DNA from: an uncultured Verrucomicrobiota bacterium
GTDB taxonomy: Bacteria > Verrucomicrobiota > Verrucomicrobiia > Opitutales > UBA9783
Reading direction: 5' to 3'
Assembly: GCA_946646575.1 (NCBI GenBank)
Contig: CAMPCR010000001.1
Span: 14,815 to 78,814 of the forward strand
Length of the DNA: 64,000 nucleotides
Below the pieces are notes generated by a model, which searched no databases, had not been told where the DNA came from, and was given only the letters and a program-made list of their open reading frames with translations. Positions 44,586-54,100 of the stretch are shown here, one piece after another. Position numbers and translations under genes: made by a program. The stretch's first letter is position 1; each line of letters starts with the position of its first letter.

Positions 44586-45035
44586 CTAATTATTTTTCGT
44601 TCGGAAAGCAACACAATCATTGTCATCAAAAGTAGCCCCGAGGGTCACACGGGCACCGCGTCCGCACTCAAGACCTTTCTCGTAATGGAAGTGCTCATTC
44701 AGGTGTTCCCGGATCTCGGTCACAAGAATTTCGCAAATAACTCCCTTTTTATCCTTATCGAACAATTTAAGCTTATCGCCGGCTCGTATTTTAACGGTAT
44801 CACCATCCCGTTCGGTTACGTGAAGCACACACTTTTCTTTATCCTCCAAAACCTCCAAATTTGCCCAGGCTCCCGTCAATTCACGCTTAACGTCATGTCG
44901 ACTCGAAACACGTTTAACGGTCAGCGAACAAATAACGGTCTCCTTATCGGGCGCATAGATATTGAACGCCTCACCGACCCGCCTGCTCGCAATCAACACA
45001 CTTCCCTTATGGCAAATCGAAAAAACATCTGTCAA
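44586..45035 (-). CDS. hypothetical protein
   Basis: 149 aa with a TTG start (no in-frame ATG). Composition is protein-like, possibly beta-rich. It lies immediately downstream of metK on the same strand. No family was recognised. Confidence 0.45.
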   Translation of the reverse strand: MTDVFSICHKGSVLIASRRVGEAFNIYAPDKETVICSLTVKRVSSRHDVKRELTGAWANLEVLEDKEKCVLHVTERDGDTVKIRAGDKLKLFDKDKKGVICEILVTEIREHLNEHFHYEKGLECGRGARVTLGATFDDNDCVAFRTKNN

Positions 45036-45083
45036 GTCGCGGAACGAAGCCCGTGCGTTACAAAACGCAACCGAGCACCTCGA

Positions 45084-46244
45084 TTAACCGCAACGCTTCT
45101 TTAATTCCTCAACGCGATTAGTCTGCTCCCAGGGCAAATTCGGCTTCGTGAAATGCCCGAACTGCGTCGATTGACGATAAATCGGACGTCGCAAATCCAT
45201 TTGTTCGATAATCGCCGCCACACGACCGTCGAATACCTCCGTAACGGCCTTATTTAAGCGATCCAAATCGCAATGTTCCGTGCCGTACGTCGTTAAATCG
45301 TAATGAATGGGATGCGTTCCGCCGATGGTGTACGCCAAACGCACTTCCACGCGATCCGCCAGTTGCGCCGCAACAATATTCTTGGCAACCCAACGGCAAA
45401 AATACGCGCCCGAACGATCCACCTTCGACGGATCTTTACCCGAAAACGCCCCGCCGCCGTGATGCGCCCATCCGCCGTAGGTGTCGGCGATGATTTTGCG
45501 CCCCGTCAAGCCCGTGTCGGCTTCCGGACCGCCGTAGGTAAATTGACCGCTCGAATTGATAAAGTATTTGGTATTCGCCGTCAACCATTTGGCAGGAATG
45601 ACCGCCGGAATAACGCGTTCCCTGCAAAACGTCTCAATCTCCTTTTGCGAAACCGACTCGGCGTGTTGCGTTGCGATGACGATATTTTCGATTTCAATCG
45701 GCTCCAAACCTTCGTAACGCATCGTCACCAACATCTTGGAATCGGGACGCAGCCAATCGACATTTCCTTCTTTGCGCTCCGTTGCCAACTTTTGCGCGAT
45801 TTTCTGCGCCAACAAATAGGACGCCGGCATCAGCTGTTCCGTTTCGTTGCAGGCGTACCCGAAGAAAAATCCCTGGTCGCCGGCACCGACCTCCGCCGCT
45901 TCCTCTTTTTCTTTCACCACCGCACCGTTAATCTCGCCCGACTGCTTCGTCAAAAGATTGGTAATAAACACCGTATCGGCATTGAAAAGCATCTCGGGAT
46001 AGGTATAACCGATCTCGCGGATTGCCTGCCGAATAATCGCGTTGGTATCAAAAACCGCGCTCGTCGTAATCTCCCCCGCCACCACGACGTGATTGGACTT
46101 CACGAGCGTCTCGCACGCCACATGCGCCTGCGGATCCTGCGCTAAGCAGGCATCCAAAATCGAATCCGAAATATAATCCGCGACCTTGTCGGGATGCCCC
46201 TCGCCGATACCCTCCGACGAAATATGCATTGTCTGTTTTGTCAT
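45084..46244 (-). CDS. metK: S-adenosylmethionine synthetase
   Basis: The ORF extends to 46358. The ATG at 46244 gives MTKQTMHISSEGIGEGHPDKVADYISD. GAGDQGFFFGYA and GGGAFSGKDPSKVDRSGAY motifs are present. Confidence 0.96.
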   Translation of the reverse strand: MTKQTMHISSEGIGEGHPDKVADYISDSILDACLAQDPQAHVACETLVKSNHVVVAGEITTSAVFDTNAIIRQAIREIGYTYPEMLFNADTVFITNLLTKQSGEINGAVVKEKEEAAEVGAGDQGFFFGYACNETEQLMPASYLLAQKIAQKLATERKEGNVDWLRPDSKMLVTMRYEGLEPIEIENIVIATQHAESVSQKEIETFCRERVIPAVIPAKWLTANTKYFINSSGQFTYGGPEADTGLTGRKIIADTYGGWAHHGGGAFSGKDPSKVDRSGAYFCRWVAKNIVAAQLADRVEVRLAYTIGGTHPIHYDLTTYGTEHCDLDRLNKAVTEVFDGRVAAIIEQMDLRRPIYRQSTQFGHFTKPNLPWEQTNRVEELKKRCG

Positions 46245-46510
46245 TTTTTGCTTGTTATCTCTAACAAAAGCATAATTTTCGGAAAAGCAAGCCTTAAAAC
46301 GACCTTTTGGCAATCGCCATCCGTTTTTTGCCTTAAAAAACGTGGAAACAACACCCATGAGTACAAAATAAGACTCGTTTTGTCACTACCGAAGCGTTTT
46401 TTTAAGCAATCGGTTCTCCGCACACGGAAAATCATTGAAAAATCTTCATTTTTCCGTAAAATCTTAAGGAAGGAGGAAGGATTTTCCTCATACACGTAAA
46501 AAACGAACCT

Positions 46511-47194
46511 ATGAAAAACATCGGATTATTGGTGGCGTGTGAAATCGAAGCCGTTCTCACACAGTATAAGTCGGAATTGCAACGCGTTCGGCAAAACGGC
46601 TTTAACGTTTATATCCTTGAACGCAAGGACTGCAAACTGCACTTTGTACACTCGGGCGTCGGACTGATTAAAGCGGCGGCGGCGGTTCAAATGCTCTGCG
46701 ACTGTTTTAAGATCGAATTTTTGCTGAATTTCGGCGTCGTCGGAGCTCTGACGGAACAACTGAAAACCGCCGATACCTGCTTTGTGTCGAAGGTCGTCCA
46801 TTACGACATGGACACATCGGCATTGGATCATTGCGAAGTCGGTCGGTACTTGGAGTATTCGGATATTTATCTACCCGCTTCCGCCGACGTTTTGGGAACC
46901 GTTCGTGCGCTTTACCCGAACATTCCGACGGCAGTGTGTGCCTGCGCCGACAAATTTGTGGATGCACCCGAGAAAAAAACAGCTCTTCATCGGCAGTTCG
47001 GCGCGGACATTTGCGACATGGAAAGTGCCGCGGTGATTCTTGTTTGCGATTTGAATCATATCCCGAATTTGCTGATTAAAACGGTTTCAGACAGCATCAC
47101 GGGCGGTGCCGACGAATTCCAAAAACGCCTTAAAACTACTGCCGAAACGTGCATGACCATCGTCGATAAAGTGCTTGCGGCGGGTGTAATTTGA
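46511..47194 (+). CDS. mtnN: 5'-methylthioadenosine/S-adenosylhomocysteine nucleosidase-like (PNP_UDP_1 family)
   Basis: 227 aa, alignable by eye to E. coli Pfs: MKNIGLLVACEIE vs MKIGIIGAMEEE, HSGVGLIKAAAAVQML vs KSGIGKVAAALGATLL, and DMESAAV vs EMEATAI. It is divergent from metK. Confidence 0.7.
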   Translation: MKNIGLLVACEIEAVLTQYKSELQRVRQNGFNVYILERKDCKLHFVHSGVGLIKAAAAVQMLCDCFKIEFLLNFGVVGALTEQLKTADTCFVSKVVHYDMDTSALDHCEVGRYLEYSDIYLPASADVLGTVRALYPNIPTAVCACADKFVDAPEKKTALHRQFGADICDMESAAVILVCDLNHIPNLLIKTVSDSITGGADEFQKRLKTTAETCMTIVDKVLAAGVI

Positions 47195-47481
47195 AGTGCG
47201 CAAAGAAGCGAAATCCGTCATTTTCCAACCGTAATAAGGTACAGTATTGGCGGTTCGCACTCGGTCGACTGTCTTTGAAAAATCATTGCCCGTCTTTCTC
47301 GCAGGCGGTGTTTATGTCGGGTGCGTATTTAAATACCGTTTAGAAAACTTTCGTCGTCATCCTCGCAACTTTCTTCGTTACTGCTCGATTTACCACAGGC
47401 GGTCGCGGTGAAGACCAAATTTTCCATTGTTTGGTATCATCACCGTCATTCCTCGAACATCAGGCAGTTCAACGATATTCT

Positions 47482-48105
47482 TTACTTTCCAAGCCGCTCA
47501 AAGGTTGCTTTTTCGTTTTCGATCGTCGTAGAGAGCCCGTGTCCGGGATAAACGCAAGTACTCGGCGGCAACTGCGACAGGCGCGCCAGGGAGGTTTTCA
47601 TTTTCTCCGACGAACCGCCCAAATCCGTTCGCCCGATCGTCTGGTAAAATAACGTGTCTCCGACAAAAAGTTGGTTGTTTGCTTTATCATAAAAGCCAAC
47701 GCTTCCGAACGTATGCCCCGGTAAATGCAAAACTTCGAACGACCAATCGCCGCATGTCAGCGTTTCTCCGCCATTTAGAAGAACATTCGACTCAAACGGT
47801 TCATACGGCTGATCTCCTGCAATCATTTTCTGCAAGGGAACGTTATTAACCAACAGCACATCGTCCCGATGGAGATAAAGCTTTGCCTTTAAATTCTCTT
47901 GAAAGGCTTTCGCATCCGCAACATGATCCCAATGCCCGTGCGTCAAAAATACATGCACCTCCAAACCGTTTAATTTCGATTGAAGTGCCTTAAAGCTTCC
48001 CGGAGCCGCATCGATGACGCAGGCAATTTTTCGATCCCGAGCGATGCAGTAATAAACATTCGTCCGATACGGCGGGTCACAAATCAATGCTTCAAATCCG
48101 ATCAT
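47482..48105 (-). CDS. MBL-fold metallo-hydrolase (glyoxalase II-like)
   Basis: 207 aa. It has the HxHxDH motif (LTHGHWDHV) and later His/Asp ligands (LHLPGHT, VGD, GHG). The start overlaps the dprA stop (ATGA). Confidence 0.85.
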   Translation of the reverse strand: MIGFEALICDPPYRTNVYYCIARDRKIACVIDAAPGSFKALQSKLNGLEVHVFLTHGHWDHVADAKAFQENLKAKLYLHRDDVLLVNNVPLQKMIAGDQPYEPFESNVLLNGGETLTCGDWSFEVLHLPGHTFGSVGFYDKANNQLFVGDTLFYQTIGRTDLGGSSEKMKTSLARLSQLPPSTCVYPGHGLSTTIENEKATFERLGK

Positions 48106-49217
48106 AATTCAAACAACCCGTCGTTTCGGCGCACAATCCAACGGTTCAGTTCCAGCGAAAACAAAACCCGTTGCAACACTTCGGGTTCCAATTCGCAATA
48201 CACACACAATTCCGAACTTCCGAGCGCTCCCTTCGTTTTTAAAGTTTCATACACCCGCAACTCCGCGCCCTCCAAAGAAGGTTCCTTTTCGCGCCGAACA
48301 TCCCGCATTTTTGCTTCGAAATCCAGCTGTAACGGTAACGGCGGTGCCGCTTTTAAATCTTCCAGCACATCATCGACGCACGTCGCCAACGTCGCGCCGT
48401 CGCGAATAAGCGCATGGCACCCGCAGCTCAGCGGCGAATCAATCCGCCCCGGTGTCGCAAACACGGGTCGATTTTGATCATTGGCAAACGCCGCCGTCAG
48501 CATACTGCCGCCTTTAACATCGGATTCAATGACCCACGTTGCCTGCGACATGCCCGACAAAATCCGATTTCTTCGCGGAAATGTCATGCGATCGGCACGC
48601 ATCCCGAGCGGAAATTCCGACAGCAGGCACCCGTGTTGTTTCACTTGCGCATACAAATCGGCATTCTCTGGAGGATAAATGCGATCCAACCCGCATCCCA
48701 ACACCGCTACGGTCGCACCTTTGACACGCAACGCCCCGCGATGGGCGGCGGTATCGATGCCGCGCGCAAATCCGCTCGCCACGCACCAACCGCGCTCGGT
48801 GCATTCGGCACCGAACCGTTCCGCCAGTTGTAACCCGTACGCCGTCGCATACCGACTGCCCACAATGGCAATCGTTCGATCCGACGGTCGCAACGCACCG
48901 AGCAGATACAACCCGATCGGCGGATCGTAGATATTTTTCAACAGCGGCGGATAATCCGGATGCTCAAAGGAGATAAAAACAGCCCCCATCGCGGCTAAGC
49001 GCTTTTTTTCCGCCGTCGGATCAAACAACGACCGCCACTGACACAAATTTTTACAAGCGGCAGTCGTAATCCCGACGCGCTTAAAATCCGCCTCTGTTCC
49101 GTTCAGTATTGCCTGCGGATCGTTGCCAAAATTTTGCAATAAACGCTGCAACGTCACCCACCCGACTCGCGGAAGCGCATTCAAAATTAAGTAAGCGTCT
49201 TCGCGCGACAGGGACAT
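48102..49217 (-). CDS. dprA: DNA processing protein DprA
   Basis: 371 aa. Rossmann-like core IAIVGSRYATAYGLQLAERFGAECTERGWCVASGFARGIDTAAHRGAL, typical of DprA/Smf. Confidence 0.9.
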   Translation of the reverse strand: MSLSREDAYLILNALPRVGWVTLQRLLQNFGNDPQAILNGTEADFKRVGITTAACKNLCQWRSLFDPTAEKKRLAAMGAVFISFEHPDYPPLLKNIYDPPIGLYLLGALRPSDRTIAIVGSRYATAYGLQLAERFGAECTERGWCVASGFARGIDTAAHRGALRVKGATVAVLGCGLDRIYPPENADLYAQVKQHGCLLSEFPLGMRADRMTFPRRNRILSGMSQATWVIESDVKGGSMLTAAFANDQNRPVFATPGRIDSPLSCGCHALIRDGATLATCVDDVLEDLKAAPPLPLQLDFEAKMRDVRREKEPSLEGAELRVYETLKTKGALGSSELCVYCELEPEVLQRVLFSLELNRWIVRRNDGLFEL

Positions 49218-49696
49218 AACCAGGAACTACACCTGCAGTATGCCATGTTTTTAATGATTACGGAATCGATTTTTGAAAATATAACATCTGAGGGATGGTA
49301 GGGGAAAGTTAGGCTTTTGTGTACGAAAGGACAAAAGGTTCAACTTTTGTTGCGAACACATGAAGCAACAGCAATAGTAAAACTAACCGAAGGGACAAAA
49401 GGATGCGATCTAAAGAGGTTTTGAAAACACCTTTGGACGAACCTAACGACACGATGTCATGGAGACATGAATAACATCAGGTGTAATGAAGTTTGTAAAA
49501 GCTAAAATTTTCGAGATAAAGGATAATAACAAATCAAGGAAGTCTACTCACGCGAAAATACCCTACGCAACTACCACACATGCAAAAAAACTAAACAACA
49601 ACCACGTAGCAAAATTACAAAATCAAACACCCTGCTCCCTAGAACAGAGCATCGCCACCGGAAGAGGACACTATCTCTACCGAATCTGATAGAGAT

Positions 49697-49942
49697 TTAC
49701 GCCCTTACCACCCCCACCCTTCGGTGCTCCTTATCCCACTCAACCACTCCGTCAATCAACGCAAACAAGGTAAAATCCCGTCCCAAGCCGACATTCTTCC
49801 CGGGATGGTACTGCGTGCCGCGCTGGCGCATGAGGATTGTTCCGGCGCGCACTTTCTCGCCGCCGTAACGTTTGACGCCCAAATTCTTGCAACGACTGTC
49901 CCGTCCGTTCCGCGATGAACCCTGTGCAGCATGATGCGACAT
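49697..49942 (-). CDS. rpmA: 50S ribosomal protein L27 (bL27)
   Basis: 81 aa. [45 protein letters not shown] is the bL27 signature. Confidence 0.95.
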   Translation of the reverse strand: MSHHAAQGSSRNGRDSRCKNLGVKRYGGEKVRAGTILMRQRGTQYHPGKNVGLGRDFTLFALIDGVVEWDKEHRRVGVVRA

Positions 49943-49974
49943 AACAAATAACCCTTCCCTTAGTTTTTAAACTC

Positions 49975-50302
49975 CTAATTTTTGAACTCAACGGCTTCCA
50001 CCTTAATGATCGATATCGCCTGGCGAAAGCCCTGCTTGCGCTGAAAACCGCCGCGACGACGATGCTTCAGTATGGTAACTTTTTTGTCGCGTTTATTCTC
50101 CAAAACCTTCACGCGCACCGTCGCATTTTCCAAAACCGGCTGCCCGAAACGGACGCCCGCGGCATCTTCGTACATCAGAACGTCTTTGAGCTCCAACTCG
50201 CTCCCCGCTTCCGTATTCGGGTAACGCATCACCTTTAAAACATCACCCGTCCGCACGCAAAACTGCTGCCCCTGTGTCTTAACGACCGACTTCGCACTCC
50301 AT
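49975..50302 (-). CDS. rplU: 50S ribosomal protein L21 (bL21); no in-frame canonical start
   Basis: The conserved body SAKSVVKTQGQQFCVRTGDVLKV...KHRRRGGFQRKQGFRQ is in the frame of ORF 49975-50550, whose upstream part reads antisense through tRNA-Leu. The only nearby ATG (50302-50300, next to AAAGGAG) is one nucleotide out of frame. The coordinates therefore span a frame break. Confidence 0.85.
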
Positions 50303-50357
50303 CTCCTTTTATCTTGCCTATTTCGGATAAAAATTCCCGTATAAGAGTGTTCTTCTT

Positions 50358-50443
50358 GCCCGGATGGCGGAACGGTAGACGCTGAGGACTTAAAATCCTC
50401 TGATCGTAAGATCGTGCGGGTTCGAGTCCCGCTCCGGGCACCA
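50358..50443 (+). tRNA. trnL: tRNA-Leu (anticodon TAA)
   Basis: GCCCGGATGGCGGAACGGTAGACGCTGAGGACTTAAAATCCTCTGATCGTAAGATCGTGCGGGTTCGAGTCCCGCTCCGGGCACCA. Acceptor stem GCCCGGA/TCCGGGC, anticodon stem GAGGA/TCCTC with loop CTTAAAA, a long variable arm and an encoded CCA. Confidence 0.9.
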
Positions 50444-50602
50444 GGTTCCGAAGCGATTTGTATTGTACCGCGTTCGAATGTGCTCCGAATGTATAAGATT
50501 CGAAGGTTAGGGGATGGATTGTAAGTATTTATGTGACGGGTTCCGAGCATTTGAGTGATGCGCTTTGCGTTGTCGCGGAATGGGCTTCAAGCGTCGCGTC
50601 GC

Positions 50603-50710
50603 GGAATATACTCCGAATTTTGTGGAATATGTTTCGAACATCCGGAAATGTGCCCTGAATGTTTGCGGAATATCCTCTGAATATTAGAGGATATGCTCCG
50701 AATGATGAGA
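50603..50710. repeat. five degenerate tandem ~21-bp repeats (GGAATAT-N-CTCCGAAT type)
   Basis: The units start at 50603, 50624, 50644, 50667 and 50689:
- GGAATATACTCCGAATTTTGT
- GGAATATGTTTCGAACATCC
- GGAAATGTGCCCTGAATGTTTGC
- GGAATATCCTCTGAATATTAGA
- GGATATGCTCCGAATGATGAGA
Looser copies are at 50476-50498 and 50896-50913. Confidence 0.6.
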
Positions 50711-51070
50711 GGCTTCGGGTATCGGACGGTTATTTGTGAGGGCCTTGAGCATGTAAAGGCTTTAAGGATGTAAAAAAGGAACAGATTGCGGCTACCGAAA
50801 AGATAGGAACCGCATGTCGGGAGAAACGGATCCCGAACGTCAAATTTCCAAAAGTTCTTAATTTATTTCAGCACTATATAGGTTATTTCAATAACCTGCT
50901 CCGTCGAATGAGGAACGGCATATCTGCCCGTTTCGTACCGCCAGCCGTTTTTTATTTAAAAAGCGCAAAAAAGTCCCATTCATTCCCTGACGTTTAATTT
51001 CCTCCGAACTTTATCCCTTCTCAATCGTTTTATCTCCTTTTAATACCTTTTAAATAAAATCCGTAAATTA

Positions 51071-51099
51071 TTGACATGTTTTATAAAAAACGATATTGA
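51071..51099 (+). promoter_or_regulatory. candidate sigma-70-type promoter of the giant gene
   Basis: TTGACA at 51071-51076, a 17-nt spacer, then TATTGA at 51094-51099, within an AT-rich stretch 36 nt upstream of ATG 51135. The -10 element is weak. Confidence 0.3.
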
Positions 51100-51134
51100 A
51101 AACCGCTTCGAAAACGCTTAAACTAAAGGCAACT

Positions 51135-54100
51135 ATGAGCCCGATCAGGATGTTAAAGTTGTTTTCAGCGGCGGCAGTCGTCGGGTTTTCCGCTACGAAT
51201 GCGCAGGCGTGGTTTTGTCCGAAGTGCAATGTAAAACACGAGGAGGCGATTTGTCCGAACGCGAACACAACGGATCAATTCGGCATTTGGCAGCCGACCT
51301 GGTGGTGCGACGCATGCAACAGCATTCATTTTCCGAAACAGTGGTGGTGGGATGGGGAGCAACTGCTGGTGACCTGTAAAAACGGGTGCTGGCCGTGTCA
51401 AACGTGCAACGCGGTTCATTCCGCCGAAGATACCTTCACCCCAAACGCCTGGTGTTGTCCGATATGCCGAACGAAACACACCGGAGGTCAGTCGTATTGC
51501 GAGCAAACGCAGGGTAATAACACAAAGGAAGTGTGGTATTGCCCGAGCTGTAACAAACCGCACGGGACGTACGAACCGTGCGAATCGGCATGGTTTTGCG
51601 ACGAATGCAAAAAAGGGCATCTTATCGGCGAGACCTGCCCGAACGGTCGTTGGTACTGCAGTATTTGTCAAAAGGCTTACGCCGAAAACGATAAGTGTGA
51701 ACACAGTTGGAATTGTCCCACGGTCGGCGGTTGCGGGAAAACCCATCGATTCAACGAAATCTGCCCGAAAGGCAATATGTACTGTTTATCGTGCAGGAAG
51801 GTTCTGTTAAAGGATGGCAGTTGTGACCATTATTGGGCGTGTTCAGCGTGCAACAAACATCACGCGATGAACGAAACTTGCCCGAACAATTACTGGTATT
51901 GTACGGAATGCAAAGAAGCAAAGCAGGCGGATGAGGAATGCGAACACGCCTGGTATTGTTCCGTTTGCCACGGTTCGTACGCCATCGGGCAACCGTGCGC
52001 CTGCGGTAAATTTTACTGCAGAGCGGAAGATAAGAGACTGGCGATCGGAGAAAATTGTCCGCACTACTGGTGGTGCGCAACGGAGGAAAAACACCACGCG
52101 GCGGACTTTGTCTGTACCGCAACGGATCCTCATCGCTGGTACTGCCTGACCTGCCAAACGGCGGTTGATGTCGGGAAAGCCTGCAACGATTTCTGGTATT
52201 GTACCGCCTGCGCGCAACGGCATGCGTTGAATGACGTTTGCCCGAACGGACGTTTTTATTGTTCTTCCTGCAACGGTGTTCTGGAAAAAACGCAGCATTG
52301 CGGGCATTACTGGGCATGTCCGATCTGCGAAACGCACCACACGATGAATGACGTTTGCCCGAACAATTACTGGTTCTGCGCGACCTGTCAACAGGCATAT
52401 GCGACGGATGGGCATTGTGAGCACGGCTGGCACTGCGAAACATGCAAAAGAATTTACGCTTTGGATGCCTGTTGCGAACACAGCTGGTATTGTCCTGGCG
52501 ACGAAAGCAAGCACCCCCGATCGGATACCAATGTCGACGGCTATTGTGTATGTGGGACGTGCAATAAGATCCTCGCACCGAACGAAACCTGCGAGCACTA
52601 CTGGGCATGCGCAACACATAATACGCATCATGCCGCGGATGCCGTGTGTCCCGAAAGCAATTTATGGTATTGCGAAACGTGCAAAACAACCTACGCTTTG
52701 GATGCCTGTTGCGATCATTCCTGGTATTGCCCGGGAGATCAACAAAAGCACCCCCGATCGGATACCGATGTCGCCGGCTATTGCGTGTGCGAGACGTGCA
52801 AAAGGATCCTCGCGCCGAACGAAAACTGCCCGCACTACTGGTATTGTACGACGGAAAGCAAACACCACGCGGCAGATGTTGTGTGTACCGCGACGAATCC
52901 GCATCGCTGGTATTGCCCGAATGAAGCATGTCGAAAGGCTTACGACGTCGGGAAGGCGTGTGCGCATTCCTGGTACTGCACCGCCTGCGCGCAACGGCAT
53001 GCATTGGATGAAGAATGTCAAAACGGTTGGCGATACTGCACAAATTGCGAGAAAATTTTGGAACGAGAAGAAAATTGCGGCCATTACTGGTGGTGTGCAA
53101 CCTGCACAACCCACCATGCCGTCGGTTCCGACTGCCCACAGGATCACAGCTGGTATTGTTCCGATTGCCCTGGTGTGTACGCCGCAACCGCAAGCTGTGA
53201 ACATCGTTGGTACTGTTCCGATCATTTGACACATCACACGACCCAGACGGATCCACACTGCGAGTACGGCTGGTATTGCCCGAAGTGCAATGAACGGCAT
53301 ACGTTCACGGAAGCCTGCGCTGAAGGTTATTGGTATTGCAAAGAAGACGGCTGTCGGTGTGCGTATAATTCGTTAAATCAAACGTCCTGTACGCATTCCT
53401 GGTATTGTTACGTCGATAACGACCATGCGGGACATCGCTACAGCCATTTGAAGACGGCGACCTGCTCCGACAAGTATCGTTGGTGCGGCGAAGACGGTTG
53501 CGATCGTGTTTATGCGCCGGAACAGCATTGTGCCCACAAGTGGTGGTGTACAACGCACACCGATTGGCACGCATATGACGCAACCTGCAACGGCAACTGG
53601 TTCTGCGAAAACTGCCTGACGGTTCAGGATGCCGATACCGCTTGTAGTCATTACTGGTATTGTCCGGGATGCACAAACAAACACACGACCTCTACGGCAA
53701 ACTGCCCGAGCAGCGGCTATGGTTATTGTGCAACGGATACCGCCCGTCTCGCGCCGAACGAAAACTGTGCCCATTTTTGGTATTGTACGACGGAAAACAA
53801 ACACCACGCGGCAGATGACATTTGTACCGCAACGGATCCGCATCGCTGGTATTGCCCGAACGAAGCGTGTCGTACGGCTTACGACGTCGGCAAGGCGTGC
53901 GCGCACTCCTGGTACTGCGACGGATGTAAAACAAAACATGCTTTGGACGAGACTTGTCCCAACGGCTACATGTATTGTTCGAACCAGGGCTGTAAAAAAG
54001 TTCTAAGTCCGACCGAAAGCTGTGTGCATTATTGGGCATGCCCCGAGTGTGAAAAAACACACCATGCGGCGGTGGAGAGTGACCCATGCCCGCAGCATTA

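Noticed and set aside
49486-49689. 67-aa plus-strand ORF in the rpmA-dprA spacer.
   Set aside because: Its sequence is low-complexity and Lys/Asn/Thr-rich (KKLNNNHVAKLQNQ), derived from A-rich DNA. There is no SD or motif, so it is most likely non-coding.
50303-50550. N-terminal 80 aa of ORF 49975-50550 (MLGTRHINTYNPS...).
   Set aside because: This part reads antisense straight through tRNA-Leu (50358-50443) and has no similarity to L21. Only the portion from about 50301 downward is the rplU body.
50603-50710. Possible CRISPR array.
   Set aside because: The repeats are only ~21 bp, degenerate and directly abutting with no unique spacers. No cas genes are nearby.
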